The notes: a model not told the origin generated them from the letters alone. A DNA stretch of 64,000 nt from Candidatus Yanofskybacteria bacterium (GCA_016185525.1 JACPNK010000005.1:92473-156472), one strand, 5' to 3'. Shown: positions 42,592 to 52,362, counted from the stretch's first letter. Translations and numbers: made by a program.

Positions 42592-44598
42592 ATGCTTTTA
42601 AATGAAGCCAAAAATAGAATAGAAAAGCTAAAAATTCTTATTAACAAATACCGTCACAGCCGGTTAGTTTTTGATAAGCCGGTAGTGGAAGAGTCGGTTG
42701 AGGACTCTCTCAAGAAAGAACTTTTTGACTTGGAGCAGGCTTTTCCGGGGCTGATAACGCCGGATTCTCCGACGCAGAGGGTCGGCGGAGCGCCCCTCAA
42801 AGAATTTAAAAAATTTGTCCATCCCGAAAGGATGCTCTCTTTTAACGACGCGTTTGGAGAAAAAGATATGCTGGATTGGGAGGAGAGACTAAAAAGAATT
42901 GACCCGCGCGCGACTGAAGGCGGCTTTTATTGCGAGCTTAAAATAGACGGACTAGCCATAGGGCTTTTGTACAAAGATTCTGTTTTCCAAACAGGCGCTA
43001 CGCGCGGGGACGGTTTGGTGGGCGAAGATGTGACCCAAAACTTAAGAACAATTGAAGCGGTTCCTCTTAACCTTACAATGGGCATCATTGCAAATGCAAT
43101 GATGCCCATTGTAGTTCGGGGAGAAGTTTTTATTACTAAGAAAGAATTTGAGAGAATCAACAGAGAACAAAAGTCCAAAAGCATTTCTGCTTATGCCAAT
43201 CCGCGCAATTTGGCTGCCGGTTCAGTCAGGCAGTTGGATCCCAAGATAACCGTGAGTCGAAGGCTTGATTCTTTTGCTTACGCTTTGGTTACCGACCTGG
43301 GCCAGCAAACGCACGAAGATGAACATAAAATCCTTCACCGACTTGGTTTTAAAACCAATCCCCACAATAAGTTTTGCCGTAATCTGGCGGAGGTTCAGGA
43401 GTTTAGAGACTACTGGGAAAAACACAGAGAAAGGTTGGACTACGAAATTGACGGAATTGTTGTTCAGGTGAACAGCAATCAGATGTTCAAAAAGTTGGGT
43501 GTCGTCGGCAAAGCGTCCAGAGCCGCCATTGCTTACAAATTTTCTCCAAAAGAATCCACGACTAAGGTTAAAGATATAACCGTCAGTATTGGCCGGACCG
43601 GAACAGTTACTCCGATTGCAATTTTGGAACCGGTTGAGATCGGCGGTACGACTGTTTCTCGCGCAACACTGCACAACGAAGACGAGATTAGGCGTCTGGA
43701 TGTTAGAGTGGGGGATACGGTTGTTGTCGGCCGGGCCGGCGACGTTATTCCCGATATTAAAAAAGTTCTTAAAGAGTTGCGCGTCGGTCGTGAGAAGATT
43801 TTTCACTTTCCGGAAAAGTGTCCGGTATGCGGCCAGCCAATCAAGAGAATTGAGGGCGAAGCGGCTTTTAAGTGTGTGAATAAAAATTGCTCGGCTATCA
43901 AGCGTGAGGGAATTTACCACTTTGTGTCCAAGGGAGCGATGAACATAGACGGCGTCGGCCCGAGGATTGTTGACCAGTTGATGGATGTCGGGTTAATCAG
44001 GGATTCAGCCGACCTCTATACTCTTAAGAAGTCAGATCTTCTTAATCTTGAACGTTTTGCCGACAAATCAGCTGAAAACACGATTAACTCCATCAATTCA
44101 CGCAAAGAGGCGGCTCTTGACCGATTTGTTTTTGCTTTGGGTATCCCTCATGTTGGATCGGAAACGGCTCTTGATTTGGCTCGCAACTTTGGCTCGCTAG
44201 AGAATATTAGCAAGGTTAGTCTGGAGGATCTTTTGAAAATAAAGGATGTCGGGCCTGTTGTGGCTAAAAGTATTTACGACTGGTTTCGTTCTGACCATAA
44301 TCAAAAACTTTTGAAAAAATTCACTTCGGCGGGTTTACGTGTTCTTAAGCAGGAGTTGGTTCAAAAGTCCTCAAAGTTGAAAGATAAAACTTTTGTTTTT
44401 ACCGGCACCTTGGAAGAGTTGACCAGAGAAAAAGCCGAGGAGTTGGTCAGGGAACATGGCGGCAATGTTTCATCTGCGGTATCCAAAGAAACCGCCTATG
44501 TCGTGGCAGGAGAAGAATCCGGTTCCAAATTCAGTAAAGCCAAGAGGCTGGGCGTGAAAATTATTGACGAAAGAAACTTTCTTGACATGATAAAGTAG
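42592..44598 (+). CDS. ligA: NAD-dependent DNA ligase
   Basis: KxDG adenylation motif (CELKIDGLAI). Zn-finger CPVCGQP. HhH. C-terminal BRCT. Start placed at the ATG at 42592. Confidence 0.9.
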   Translation: MLLNEAKNRIEKLKILINKYRHSRLVFDKPVVEESVEDSLKKELFDLEQAFPGLITPDSPTQRVGGAPLKEFKKFVHPERMLSFNDAFGEKDMLDWEERLKRIDPRATEGGFYCELKIDGLAIGLLYKDSVFQTGATRGDGLVGEDVTQNLRTIEAVPLNLTMGIIANAMMPIVVRGEVFITKKEFERINREQKSKSISAYANPRNLAAGSVRQLDPKITVSRRLDSFAYALVTDLGQQTHEDEHKILHRLGFKTNPHNKFCRNLAEVQEFRDYWEKHRERLDYEIDGIVVQVNSNQMFKKLGVVGKASRAAIAYKFSPKESTTKVKDITVSIGRTGTVTPIAILEPVEIGGTTVSRATLHNEDEIRRLDVRVGDTVVVGRAGDVIPDIKKVLKELRVGREKIFHFPEKCPVCGQPIKRIEGEAAFKCVNKNCSAIKREGIYHFVSKGAMNIDGVGPRIVDQLMDVGLIRDSADLYTLKKSDLLNLERFADKSAENTINSINSRKEAALDRFVFALGIPHVGSETALDLARNFGSLENISKVSLEDLLKIKDVGPVVAKSIYDWFRSDHNQKLLKKFTSAGLRVLKQELVQKSSKLKDKTFVFTGTLEELTREKAEELVREHGGNVSSAVSKETAYVVAGEESGSKFSKAKRLGVKIIDERNFLDMIK

Positions 44599-44604
44599 AG
44601 TGCT

Positions 44605-45258
44605 ATGCTCTATCAGGCTTACTTAAATGAGCCTTTGTACTTTTTAAAACAGGAGAAAAAAGTGAGAAAATCGGGGATAGTTTTTTTGGTGATCTTAGCG
44701 GTTGCTGCAACTTTAACGAATTCTGTCTTTGCGCAGAACGACGATGAAAGGCGCGGACTGTTTTCCGTTCAACTGGGCGGAACTTCAAATATTGGGTCAT
44801 CTGAAGCCAATAAGTTCAACATCGGCGGAAGTTTTGCTTACAGGTTGTTTGAATCGCGCAACTTTTATATTGAGCCGGGTCTGTCGCTGAATTGGCCGAG
44901 CAAAGAGTACCTTTTTGTTGAGGAGTATCCTTATCCTGTGGGGAGGATAAGCTCAAAGACTGTTATTGTGGATTTCAACGCTTCACAATCTTTTGTTGGA
45001 AAAAGGCAGAAGCGTTGCGTTCCTTATCTCACCGGGGGCGTCGGTTTTATAAGAAACTGGTCAACTTTGACAGACGGATATTATGTTTATGACTGGGGTT
45101 CGGAGACCAGTTTTACCAAAAACTTAGGCGGTGGATTCAGAATTTTTTTAGGGGAAGATCAGAACATTTTTGTTGGCGGAGAGTATAAAAATTACTGGGC
45201 CGGCGATATCGGTGGCTTTCGTGTTTTTTCCGGTAAGATCGGGTTTAGGTTTGAGTAA
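44605..45258 (+). CDS. signal-peptide protein with an OMP-like beta-barrel pattern ending in a C-terminal F (..GFRFE)
   Basis: Signal peptide ...NSVFAQ. Alternating hydrophobic beta-strand pattern. Aromatic-rich C-terminus. Confidence 0.4.
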   Translation: MLYQAYLNEPLYFLKQEKKVRKSGIVFLVILAVAATLTNSVFAQNDDERRGLFSVQLGGTSNIGSSEANKFNIGGSFAYRLFESRNFYIEPGLSLNWPSKEYLFVEEYPYPVGRISSKTVIVDFNASQSFVGKRQKRCVPYLTGGVGFIRNWSTLTDGYYVYDWGSETSFTKNLGGGFRIFLGEDQNIFVGGEYKNYWAGDIGGFRVFSGKIGFRFE

Positions 45259-45262
45259 TAAA

Positions 45263-45300
45263 AATCCCACACATAATTTTGTGTGGGATTTAACTTTTTT
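45263..45300. terminator. bidirectional terminator between convergent genes
   Basis: aatcccacac-ataatttt-gtgtgggatt, flanked by A-run and T-run. Confidence 0.7.
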
Positions 45301-46291
45301 ATTTCTTTGAAGAAAAATAATTTTCTAAAACTTTTAGTCTGGGTTTGGTCAACTGTAGTTTTCTGGCTATATCACTTCTGTTTGGAAAAGTTGTAACCAA
45401 CTTTTCCAGCAAGGAAACTTCTTTTTCTAAGACCAACCACTCATTTTTACTTTTTCCGCCGTTCATGAATTTTTCACGCTGATCGTCGTAAACTTCAGCC
45501 AGCAGTAAGGCCGATTCAAGCCATGTTTTTTTAAGCCACGGTTTGTCATAGCTGTTTTCGTATGATTTTTCAATCCATTTTAGGGCGGTACTTTTGTTAA
45601 AAACATCGTCATCAGCAAAATAATAAAGCTCACTGTAAGTGTAAGACTTCCATCTGACAAAAAGCCTTTTTAGGCTCAACGGATCTGTTTTGCTGGCAAG
45701 TCCGTAGCGGGTAGCTCCCAGAAAAAAATAAGCGGAGTGAAAATCGGGATTTTCCTTTAAAATTTTTTTCAATATTTTTATGCCGTCGGCCGTGTCTTTG
45801 TCTGCCTGCGACAGTCCGGATAAGTTGCCTTCAAACCTATAAATGAATTTGGCTTGGCTGAAAAGCAAAATTGCTTGTGCCAACAAGTGTTTGTGGTTAT
45901 CTTGACTGCTTGCCAGTTTAAAACCTTGACCGACAATCTCGTGATATTTTTTGGCTCTGCCTGCCAATTCCATGTTGTCAGAAATATTTTTTTGCTTATC
46001 TAACCCCACGCCAAGTTCGTGGCCCAGTAAAACCCACTCTATTGATGCCCAAAGATCGTAAAAATAAGGGTCATCCGGATATTTACGCAACAGTTCCCAG
46101 GCGTCCTTTAAGTCTTGAGCATTGCTTTCTTTTGATTCAAAATTGTTGTAAAAGCTGTCTACGACCCTATTAAGCTGTTCGTACCTTTGTTCTTCTTGAT
46201 TTTGTTCCTGCGGAGTTGGCCAGGCTATTGCTGTGGCCGGAGGACTTAACATGACAAAAGCAAGGAAAGCAAGTATTTTTTTAAGTACCAT
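45299..46291 (-). CDS. secreted alpha-helical (TPR-like) hypothetical protein
   Basis: Signal peptide MVLKKILAFLAFVMLSPPATAIA. No recognised catalytic motif. Confidence 0.45.
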   Translation of the reverse strand: MVLKKILAFLAFVMLSPPATAIAWPTPQEQNQEEQRYEQLNRVVDSFYNNFESKESNAQDLKDAWELLRKYPDDPYFYDLWASIEWVLLGHELGVGLDKQKNISDNMELAGRAKKYHEIVGQGFKLASSQDNHKHLLAQAILLFSQAKFIYRFEGNLSGLSQADKDTADGIKILKKILKENPDFHSAYFFLGATRYGLASKTDPLSLKRLFVRWKSYTYSELYYFADDDVFNKSTALKWIEKSYENSYDKPWLKKTWLESALLLAEVYDDQREKFMNGGKSKNEWLVLEKEVSLLEKLVTTFPNRSDIARKLQLTKPRLKVLENYFSSKK

Positions 46292-46366
46292 CTTTGCCTC
46301 TGACTGACTTTATTTTCAAGGTAGCTTGCCTATTTTACAATCAAAAACAAGTTTTTGCAAGGGTCC

Positions 46367-46395
46367 ACCCCTTGTCAGGGTCATCCTGACAAGGG
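46367..46395. promoter_or_regulatory. candidate operator: perfect palindrome CCCCTTGTCAGGGTCATCCTGACAAGGGG plus an extra TGACAA half-site, in the divergent promoter region upstream of grx-sodA
   Basis: 11-bp perfect inverted arms. Third half-site ggtgacaa directly downstream. Lies ~45 bp upstream of a tattataat -10-like box. Confidence 0.5.
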
Positions 46396-46452
46396 GTGAC
46401 AAATTATGCATTGGCTTGCTGTTGATTGGGCGGTATATTATAATTAAAAATT

Positions 46453-46692
46453 ATGGATAATAACGTAGAGATTTACACAACTCCCTCTTGTCCTTACTGC
46501 CATCTGGCCAAGGAGTATTTTAAGAGCAAAGGTATTGATTATAAAGAATACAATGTTGCTCAAGATGTTAAGAAGAGAGAAGAAATGCTTAAGTTGGTCG
46601 GTCAGATAGCTGTGCCGGTGATAGTTATAAACGGCCAAGCGATTCTCGGTTTCAACAAGGCTAAGATAAATGAGTTGTTAGGAATAAATTGA
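46453..46692 (+). CDS. glutaredoxin-like protein (CPYC active site)
   Basis: IYTTPSCPYCHLAKEYF. 79 aa. Confidence 0.8.
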   Translation: MDNNVEIYTTPSCPYCHLAKEYFKSKGIDYKEYNVAQDVKKREEMLKLVGQIAVPVIVINGQAILGFNKAKINELLGIN

Positions 46693-46718
46693 GTTCAAAC
46701 TCACAAAGTATCCTATGT

Positions 46719-47321
46719 ATGTACGAAATTAAACCTCTAAACAAAAAAGAAGTTCCGGGTATATCAGAAAAGACTTTATCAATCCATCACGACAAACTTT
46801 ATACCGGCTATGTAAATAAGAGCAATGAGATTCTTCAAAAACTCAAAGACTTGCGAGCTAGCGGCAAGGCAGAAGGCAATACTACTTACAGCGAGTTGCG
46901 GGCATTAAAAGACGCTGAGACTTTTGCCATTAATGGCATTTATCTTCACGAGAATTACTTTGACTTGCTGGGAGGAGGCGGGGATTGGAGAAAGGCGCCG
47001 GAGCTGTCGGCGGCGATGGCAGAAAAATGGGGCTCGGTTGAAACCATCGTCGGTTGGTTTTCAACTTGCGCCACGGCGGCCCGAGGCTGGTCTGTTCTTT
47101 GTTGGGACCCTTATATTGGAGACCTAAGGCACTACAACGGCGATGCTCACAATCAGGGAGTCTGGGGCTGTATCCCAATTATCGCTCTGGATGTTTACGA
47201 ACACGCTTACTTTATAGATTATGGTTCAGACAGGAAAGCCTACATTGAAGCCTTCTGGAAAAGCCTTGACTGGATGAAAGCGGAAGCTATCTATTTGAAA
47301 GCAAGGGAAGTAAAACTATGA
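46719..47321 (+). CDS. sodA: Fe/Mn superoxide dismutase
   Basis: HHDKLYTGYVN and DVYEHAYF motifs. Start placed at MYEIKPL (46719). Confidence 0.9.
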   Translation: MYEIKPLNKKEVPGISEKTLSIHHDKLYTGYVNKSNEILQKLKDLRASGKAEGNTTYSELRALKDAETFAINGIYLHENYFDLLGGGGDWRKAPELSAAMAEKWGSVETIVGWFSTCATAARGWSVLCWDPYIGDLRHYNGDAHNQGVWGCIPIIALDVYEHAYFIDYGSDRKAYIEAFWKSLDWMKAEAIYLKAREVKL

Positions 47322-47740
47322 GCAAACTCAAAATAGGTTTGTTGATAATTGTCGTCATATTTTTGGTTTTCTTATTATCGCCCTGGAGTCTTATTTCTGA
47401 CTATCTGACAGTCAAAGCAGTCAGAGGAATGATTAGTTACTTAAACGATTACTATGCTACTAATGGCACCTACCCGACACACAGTGAATTTTACCAAAGA
47501 TTTTCGGAAGGATTGAATAACGGGTTATACAAATATAGTTATATAGATATGGTGGGTGCTGCAGACCAGATCGACAACATTATTTTAGCCTATCCTACTG
47601 ACGGACGGAGATTTTTTGCAATCGGCGATCCGGTTTCTGAACTCGGTTTTGTTAGAGGGTATACAATACGTTCATGTGGTGTTGCTGGTTATACGCAAAC
47701 AGCTCTGCAGTGTCACTATAGTGATAGAAGCAAGAAATAA
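47318..47740 (+). CDS. membrane-anchored hypothetical protein
   Basis: N-terminal TM LLIIVVIFLVFLL. 140 aa. Confidence 0.4.
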   Translation: MSKLKIGLLIIVVIFLVFLLSPWSLISDYLTVKAVRGMISYLNDYYATNGTYPTHSEFYQRFSEGLNNGLYKYSYIDMVGAADQIDNIILAYPTDGRRFFAIGDPVSELGFVRGYTIRSCGVAGYTQTALQCHYSDRSKK

Positions 47741-47744
47741 ACCA

Positions 47745-49091
47745 CTACCTCCATGTTGGCAGCCAAAAAAGAAGATTTTGCTCGGGTGCAGTCAGGGGCA
47801 GACCGTATGTAAAAGGGGAGAAGAATAAGAAAAACAAAATAGAAAAAAATACAAAAAGGGCAAAAACGCCTTTTTTGTTTTGTTTATCAAGCAAATAACC
47901 TAGAGCTAAGATTGCAAATACCAGAGAAGTAAAGTAGTGGTACAAAAACATAACTCTGCCGACACCGATAAAAGGCAGCAGATTTATAAAAAAACCGGCC
48001 AATATAAAAGAGGAGGTAAAATCAAGCTTCCATTTTTTTATTTTTGGTACTGAAACAATAAGCAGATAAAGTATGGCTATGGCAGATGACCACCAAATGA
48101 AGGGATTGCCCAAAAGATAAATCTTGCTTTCGGTCTGGACTGCGGCTTTGTTCCAGTAGTAAATGGTTCGGGTCATAAACGGCCAACTGTACCACTTGCT
48201 GCCGTAAGGGTGTACGGCAGTCAGTGTTTTATTGGAACGATACATTTGAAGATTTAGTTCAACAAATTTTTTAAAAAAACCGATCGGTTTAACTGACAGG
48301 TTGCTTTCGTGACTGTTATTAAGCAAAGTTTTTTGGAAACTTGGCGTCATAAAAGCGTTGCCCGGTCCAGACTTGGGCAAGAGTTTGAAGTGTATGGCAA
48401 ATATGCCGAGATAGATTACGAACGGAAGCAAGACAAGAGAAGCAAGGTTTAAAGAAAATTCTTTAAGATTCTTCTTTTGTTTCAGAAGGTCAAACAGTTG
48501 GAAAAGTACTATCAGAGCTAAAAATCCCAAACCGGTCCATTTGATTGAGGCGGATAATCCGGCTAATATCCCGGTCAGCAAAAGCATTCGGAAAGATCGG
48601 CTGGACTTATATTTCAAGTAGGCCAAAATTGCACCGAAGCCAAAAATCAGCAGCATTGAATCTAGAAGTATAAAACGTGACTGAACGAGAAGGGCATTCT
48701 CAAAAATTATAAATAATGACGTCAGTAAGGATATTTTTTTAGAGAAACCCAGCCGCAACGCTAGGAAGAAAACTACAAGCGGCAACAGAGTTCCGGCTAT
48801 AATTGGCAGGAGACGGAGAGCCAAGTAATGCTTGTCTGGAAATACCTCGCCGATATTAGCAAAAGAGAAGCCTGGTTTAAAACCACTGGCGTAGCCCGCC
48901 GCACTTAGTAGAAGTTTGCCAAGCGGCGGGTGTATGTCAAAAAAGTATTCTCCGGTAAAATATCCGGATAAAAATTTTCCAAAGTGAACTTCGTCAAAAA
49001 CGGTCTGGTTTGGGTGTCCAAAGCGTATAAAATGAGTAAAAAGGCTTAAGGCCAGAATGATTATAATAAGCGTCTTTTTATTTTTAAACAT
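47745..49091 (-). CDS. glycosyltransferase family 39 (PMT/ArnT-like dolichyl/undecaprenyl-phosphate-sugar transferase)
   Basis: N-terminal FDEVHF (DE motif) in the first loop. Polytopic. 448 aa. Confidence 0.65.
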   Translation of the reverse strand: MFKNKKTLIIIILALSLFTHFIRFGHPNQTVFDEVHFGKFLSGYFTGEYFFDIHPPLGKLLLSAAGYASGFKPGFSFANIGEVFPDKHYLALRLLPIIAGTLLPLVVFFLALRLGFSKKISLLTSLFIIFENALLVQSRFILLDSMLLIFGFGAILAYLKYKSSRSFRMLLLTGILAGLSASIKWTGLGFLALIVLFQLFDLLKQKKNLKEFSLNLASLVLLPFVIYLGIFAIHFKLLPKSGPGNAFMTPSFQKTLLNNSHESNLSVKPIGFFKKFVELNLQMYRSNKTLTAVHPYGSKWYSWPFMTRTIYYWNKAAVQTESKIYLLGNPFIWWSSAIAILYLLIVSVPKIKKWKLDFTSSFILAGFFINLLPFIGVGRVMFLYHYFTSLVFAILALGYLLDKQNKKGVFALFVFFSILFFLFFSPFTYGLPLTAPEQNLLFWLPTWR

Positions 49092-49141
49092 ATGGTTTGA
49101 GGGTTGTTTTGCAAAGCTTCCATATATAGTATAATTTAAGC

Positions 49142-50071
49142 GTGGAAAATAAAGAAGTATATGACTTAATTATCATTGGCGGTTCAGCGGCGGCAACTTC
49201 TGCCGGTATTTATGCCGCGCGGAGAGGCTTAAATTTTAAGATTATAACTAAAGAATTCGGCGGTGAGGTGGCAACTTCAGGTGAAATCGGCAATTGGCCG
49301 GGAGTCAATAAGACAGATGGCATCACTTTGGCTGGGCAGTTTAAGGAGCATTTAAAATATTACGGAATTGAGCCGGAAGAGGGGGTTGAGGTGGAAAAAG
49401 TGATAATAGAGCCAGATGGCAATTTTTTAATTAAATCAAACAATGGGAATTATGCCGCTAAAACAATCATTGTAACTACCGGAGTCCATCCGCGCGAACT
49501 GGGCGTGACCGGGGAAAAAGAGTTTCGCAACAAAGGAGTCAGTTACTGTACAGTATGTGACGGCCCCCTTTTTGCCGGCAAAGTTGTGGCTACAATCGGC
49601 GGGGGCAATTCGGCTCTGGAGTCTGCCTTGATGTTGACTGACGTCGCTTCAAAAGTTTATGTTATTAACAAAAATATGCAGTTCAAGGGCGACCAGATAT
49701 TGATTGAAAACTTGAACCAAAAGAAAAATGTAGAGATAATTTATAACGCTAAAACTGCTCAAATAGAGGGCAATGAATTTGTGACTGGGTTAAAATACAA
49801 AACTGAGGACAGTCCTCAGGAGCTAGAGATCAAGGTTGATGGTATTTTTATTCACATTGGCATGGTGCCAAACAGCGGTTTGGCCCCTGATGGGGTAAAA
49901 AAAGACAAGTTTGGTCAGATCGGGGTCAATGCTAATTGTGAGACCAGTATTCAAGGACTTTATGCTGCCGGTGATGTTACTGATACACCATACAAACAAA
50001 TTGTCATTGCTGCCGGCATGGGCGCGACAGCGCTTTTGTCGGCTGTTAATTACTTAAATAGAATGAAATGA
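49142..50071 (+). CDS. trxB: thioredoxin reductase (GTG start)
   Basis: GGSAAATSAGIYAARRG FAD motif. Redox-active CTVCDG. Contains the palindrome ctgaggacagtcctcag at 49803-49819. Confidence 0.85.
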   Translation: MENKEVYDLIIIGGSAAATSAGIYAARRGLNFKIITKEFGGEVATSGEIGNWPGVNKTDGITLAGQFKEHLKYYGIEPEEGVEVEKVIIEPDGNFLIKSNNGNYAAKTIIVTTGVHPRELGVTGEKEFRNKGVSYCTVCDGPLFAGKVVATIGGGNSALESALMLTDVASKVYVINKNMQFKGDQILIENLNQKKNVEIIYNAKTAQIEGNEFVTGLKYKTEDSPQELEIKVDGIFIHIGMVPNSGLAPDGVKKDKFGQIGVNANCETSIQGLYAAGDVTDTPYKQIVIAAGMGATALLSAVNYLNRMK

Positions 50072-50562
50072 TTTACCTAGGCGCTGACCATCGGGGGTTC
50101 GAACTTAAAGAAAAAGCCAAACAATGGCTGTCTGAATTGGGATATCAATATGAAGATTGTGGGGCGTTTGTGTATGACAAAGACGACGATTATCCTGACT
50201 TTGCTCGGGCGGTAGCGGAAAAAGTCCATCAAGGTTCAACCTTGATGGACAGAGGTATTTTGATTTGCGGGTCTGGAATTGGTGTCTGTATCGCCGCCAA
50301 CAAAATTAAAGGCATTCGCGCCGGCACGGCGGCTAGCCCGGAGCAAGTCAAAGCGTCGGTCAACGACGAAGATCTCAATATTCTTTGCCTGTCAGCAGAC
50401 TATCTTCCGAATGCCGACCTGCCCGCCAGTCGCCTTGGCTCCAGGCCATGGCAGGCGGGAGTTGCCGCTAAAGAAATTATCAAAACTTTCTTGGAAACCA
50501 AATTTTCCGGAGAGGAGCGGCATAAGCGGAGAATAGACAAAATTGAACAATTAGAACAATGA
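50068..50562 (+). CDS. rpiB: ribose-5-phosphate isomerase B
   Basis: MIYLGADHRGFELKEK N-terminus. 164 aa. Confidence 0.8.
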   Translation: MIYLGADHRGFELKEKAKQWLSELGYQYEDCGAFVYDKDDDYPDFARAVAEKVHQGSTLMDRGILICGSGIGVCIAANKIKGIRAGTAASPEQVKASVNDEDLNILCLSADYLPNADLPASRLGSRPWQAGVAAKEIIKTFLETKFSGEERHKRRIDKIEQLEQ

Positions 50563-50822
50563 AAAAGATTGTAATTATCGTGTTGCTTGCCGTAGTTACT
50601 AATTTCATTATTTTTTGGATTACCGGGAATGATTCTTGCCCTAAAGAGCCCGGGGTAGTATCAATTCCAGAATGCGTTTTTGATATTACAGGAGGTTTGC
50701 CCTTAAAATATGACTTGGAAGTATTCGGTAGCAGCACATCATTTCTAGGACTTATAGTTGATATATCATTTTGGATTACAGTTATTTATTTGGTAAATAG
50801 AGTTTTATTGAATCGAAAATAG
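50559..50822 (+). CDS. small membrane protein
   Basis: Two hydrophobic segments. 87 aa. Confidence 0.35.
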   Translation: MKKIVIIVLLAVVTNFIIFWITGNDSCPKEPGVVSIPECVFDITGGLPLKYDLEVFGSSTSFLGLIVDISFWITVIYLVNRVLLNRK

Positions 50823-50883
50823 GCCTAAAATTTTTGTAATCCGACCTTTGACTATTATCCGATAATTTGCTAAAATTCAAGCA

Positions 50884-51144
50884 ATGAAGAAAACATTTAA
50901 TTCTCAGTACTCAATTTTTCCCATTACTATCGAGCCTATGGGAGAAGGCGGTTATTTTGCTTTTACCGAAACCTTGCAAGGCGCTCATGCCGAAGGGGAA
51001 ACGCTGGGTGAGGCGATAGACAATATTAAAGATGTTATTGAAAAACATTTGGAAGTAAGAAAGGAGCACGGGGAAAATATCGGAAACTTTGAGATTGGCG
51101 TAGAACCCAGGATTTCAATTCCTTTGCCTTTGCTTTCCAAATGA
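50884..51144 (+). CDS. hicB: HicB-family antitoxin (UPF0150)
   Basis: YSIFPITIEPMGEGGYFAFTETLQGAHAEGETLGEAIDNIKDVIEKHLE. 4-bp overlap with the downstream hicA. Confidence 0.65.
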   Translation: MKKTFNSQYSIFPITIEPMGEGGYFAFTETLQGAHAEGETLGEAIDNIKDVIEKHLEVRKEHGENIGNFEIGVEPRISIPLPLLSK

Positions 51145-51383
51145 GTAGAAAATTTCCGGCCTTGAATTATAGACAAACAGCCAAGGTTGCCAAGCGCCTT
51201 GGTTTTTATTTGGTCCGTCGAGCTAAAGGTAGTCATGAAATATGGCGCCGGGAATCTGATAAAAGACAAACCACAATTCCTAACCACGGAAACAAAACAA
51301 TAAAGCGCAGAACATTAAAAGCGATACTTGATGACTTTGGAATTACGTTGGAGGGTTTAAATAAAATTTTGAAAGACTTATAA
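51141..51383 (+). CDS. hicA: HicA-family toxin (YcfA-like mRNA interferase)
   Basis: RLGFYLVRRAKGSHEIWRR...TIPNHGNKTIKRRTLKAIL. Confidence 0.7.
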   Translation: MSRKFPALNYRQTAKVAKRLGFYLVRRAKGSHEIWRRESDKRQTTIPNHGNKTIKRRTLKAILDDFGITLEGLNKILKDL

Positions 51384-51390
51384 TCATTGT

Positions 51391-52362
51391 ATGCCTAAAA
51401 TTTTTGTAACTCGTCCAATTCCCGATAGCGGAATCAAGCTCTTACAAGAAAAGGGCTGTGAAGTAGTGATCAACGAGGCGGCTAGGGATAGGGTGGCGAC
51501 AAAAGAAGAAATATTGGCCGGTGTAAAAGATGCTGACGGCCTGCTTTCAATTTTGACGGAAAAGATTGATACGGAAATTATGGATGCGGGTCTGCCGAAC
51601 TTAAAAATCATTGCCAACTATGCTGTTGGTTTTGACAATATTGACTTGGAAGCCGCCAAGCAACGTAATATTTTGGTAACTAACACGCCCGGAGTTTTGA
51701 CAAATACCGTCGCTGAACATACTTTTGCTCTGATGCTGGCTATTGCGCATCGCATTGCCGAAGCTGACAAATTTTCTAAAGCGGGAATGTATAGAGCTTG
51801 GGGTCCGGAATTGCTTTTAGGTACGGACGTTTCGGGAAAAACTTTGGGTGTTGTCGGTTTGGGCAGAATTGGTTCTCGGGTGGCTTACCACGGTGTAAAA
51901 GGTTTTGACATGAAAGTTGTGTATTGTGACCCTAATCGCAACGAAGAATTTGAAAAAGAATTTGGCGCGCAGTATGTCGCCAATGTTGAGGAAATGCTTT
52001 CTTTGTGCGACTTTGTCTCAATACATGTTCCTCTCCTAGATTCAACAAAGCATTTGTTCAACGAAGCCAGATTTAAACTGATGAAGCCGACAGCCTACTT
52101 GATTAACACATCTCGCGGACCGATTGTGGACGAGCAGGCTCTTGCGAATGCTCTTAAAAAAGGCACAATCAAAGGAGCGGCGATTGATGTCTTTGAAAAC
52201 GAGCCGGAAATTACACCAGAGTTGAAAGACTTGGAAAATGTAATTTTAACTCCCCACATTGCTTCGGCTACCGAAGAAACGAGGCAGGCGATGTCGCGTT
52301 TGGCCGCCGAAAATATAATTGAAGCTTTGGAAGGCAGAGTCCCGCCAAATTTGATTAAATAG
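51391..52362 (+). CDS. D-isomer-specific 2-hydroxyacid dehydrogenase (glyoxylate/hydroxypyruvate reductase or glycerate dehydrogenase-like)
   Basis: NAD-binding VVGLGRIGSRVA. Catalytic R/E/H pattern. 323 aa. Confidence 0.75.
   Translation: MPKIFVTRPIPDSGIKLLQEKGCEVVINEAARDRVATKEEILAGVKDADGLLSILTEKIDTEIMDAGLPNLKIIANYAVGFDNIDLEAAKQRNILVTNTPGVLTNTVAEHTFALMLAIAHRIAEADKFSKAGMYRAWGPELLLGTDVSGKTLGVVGLGRIGSRVAYHGVKGFDMKVVYCDPNRNEEFEKEFGAQYVANVEEMLSLCDFVSIHVPLLDSTKHLFNEARFKLMKPTAYLINTSRGPIVDEQALANALKKGTIKGAAIDVFENEPEITPELKDLENVILTPHIASATEETRQAMSRLAAENIIEALEGRVPPNLIK

Noticed and set aside
43222-43920. 232-aa minus-strand ORF within ligA
   Set aside because: Antisense to ligA, whose catalytic motifs are unambiguous.
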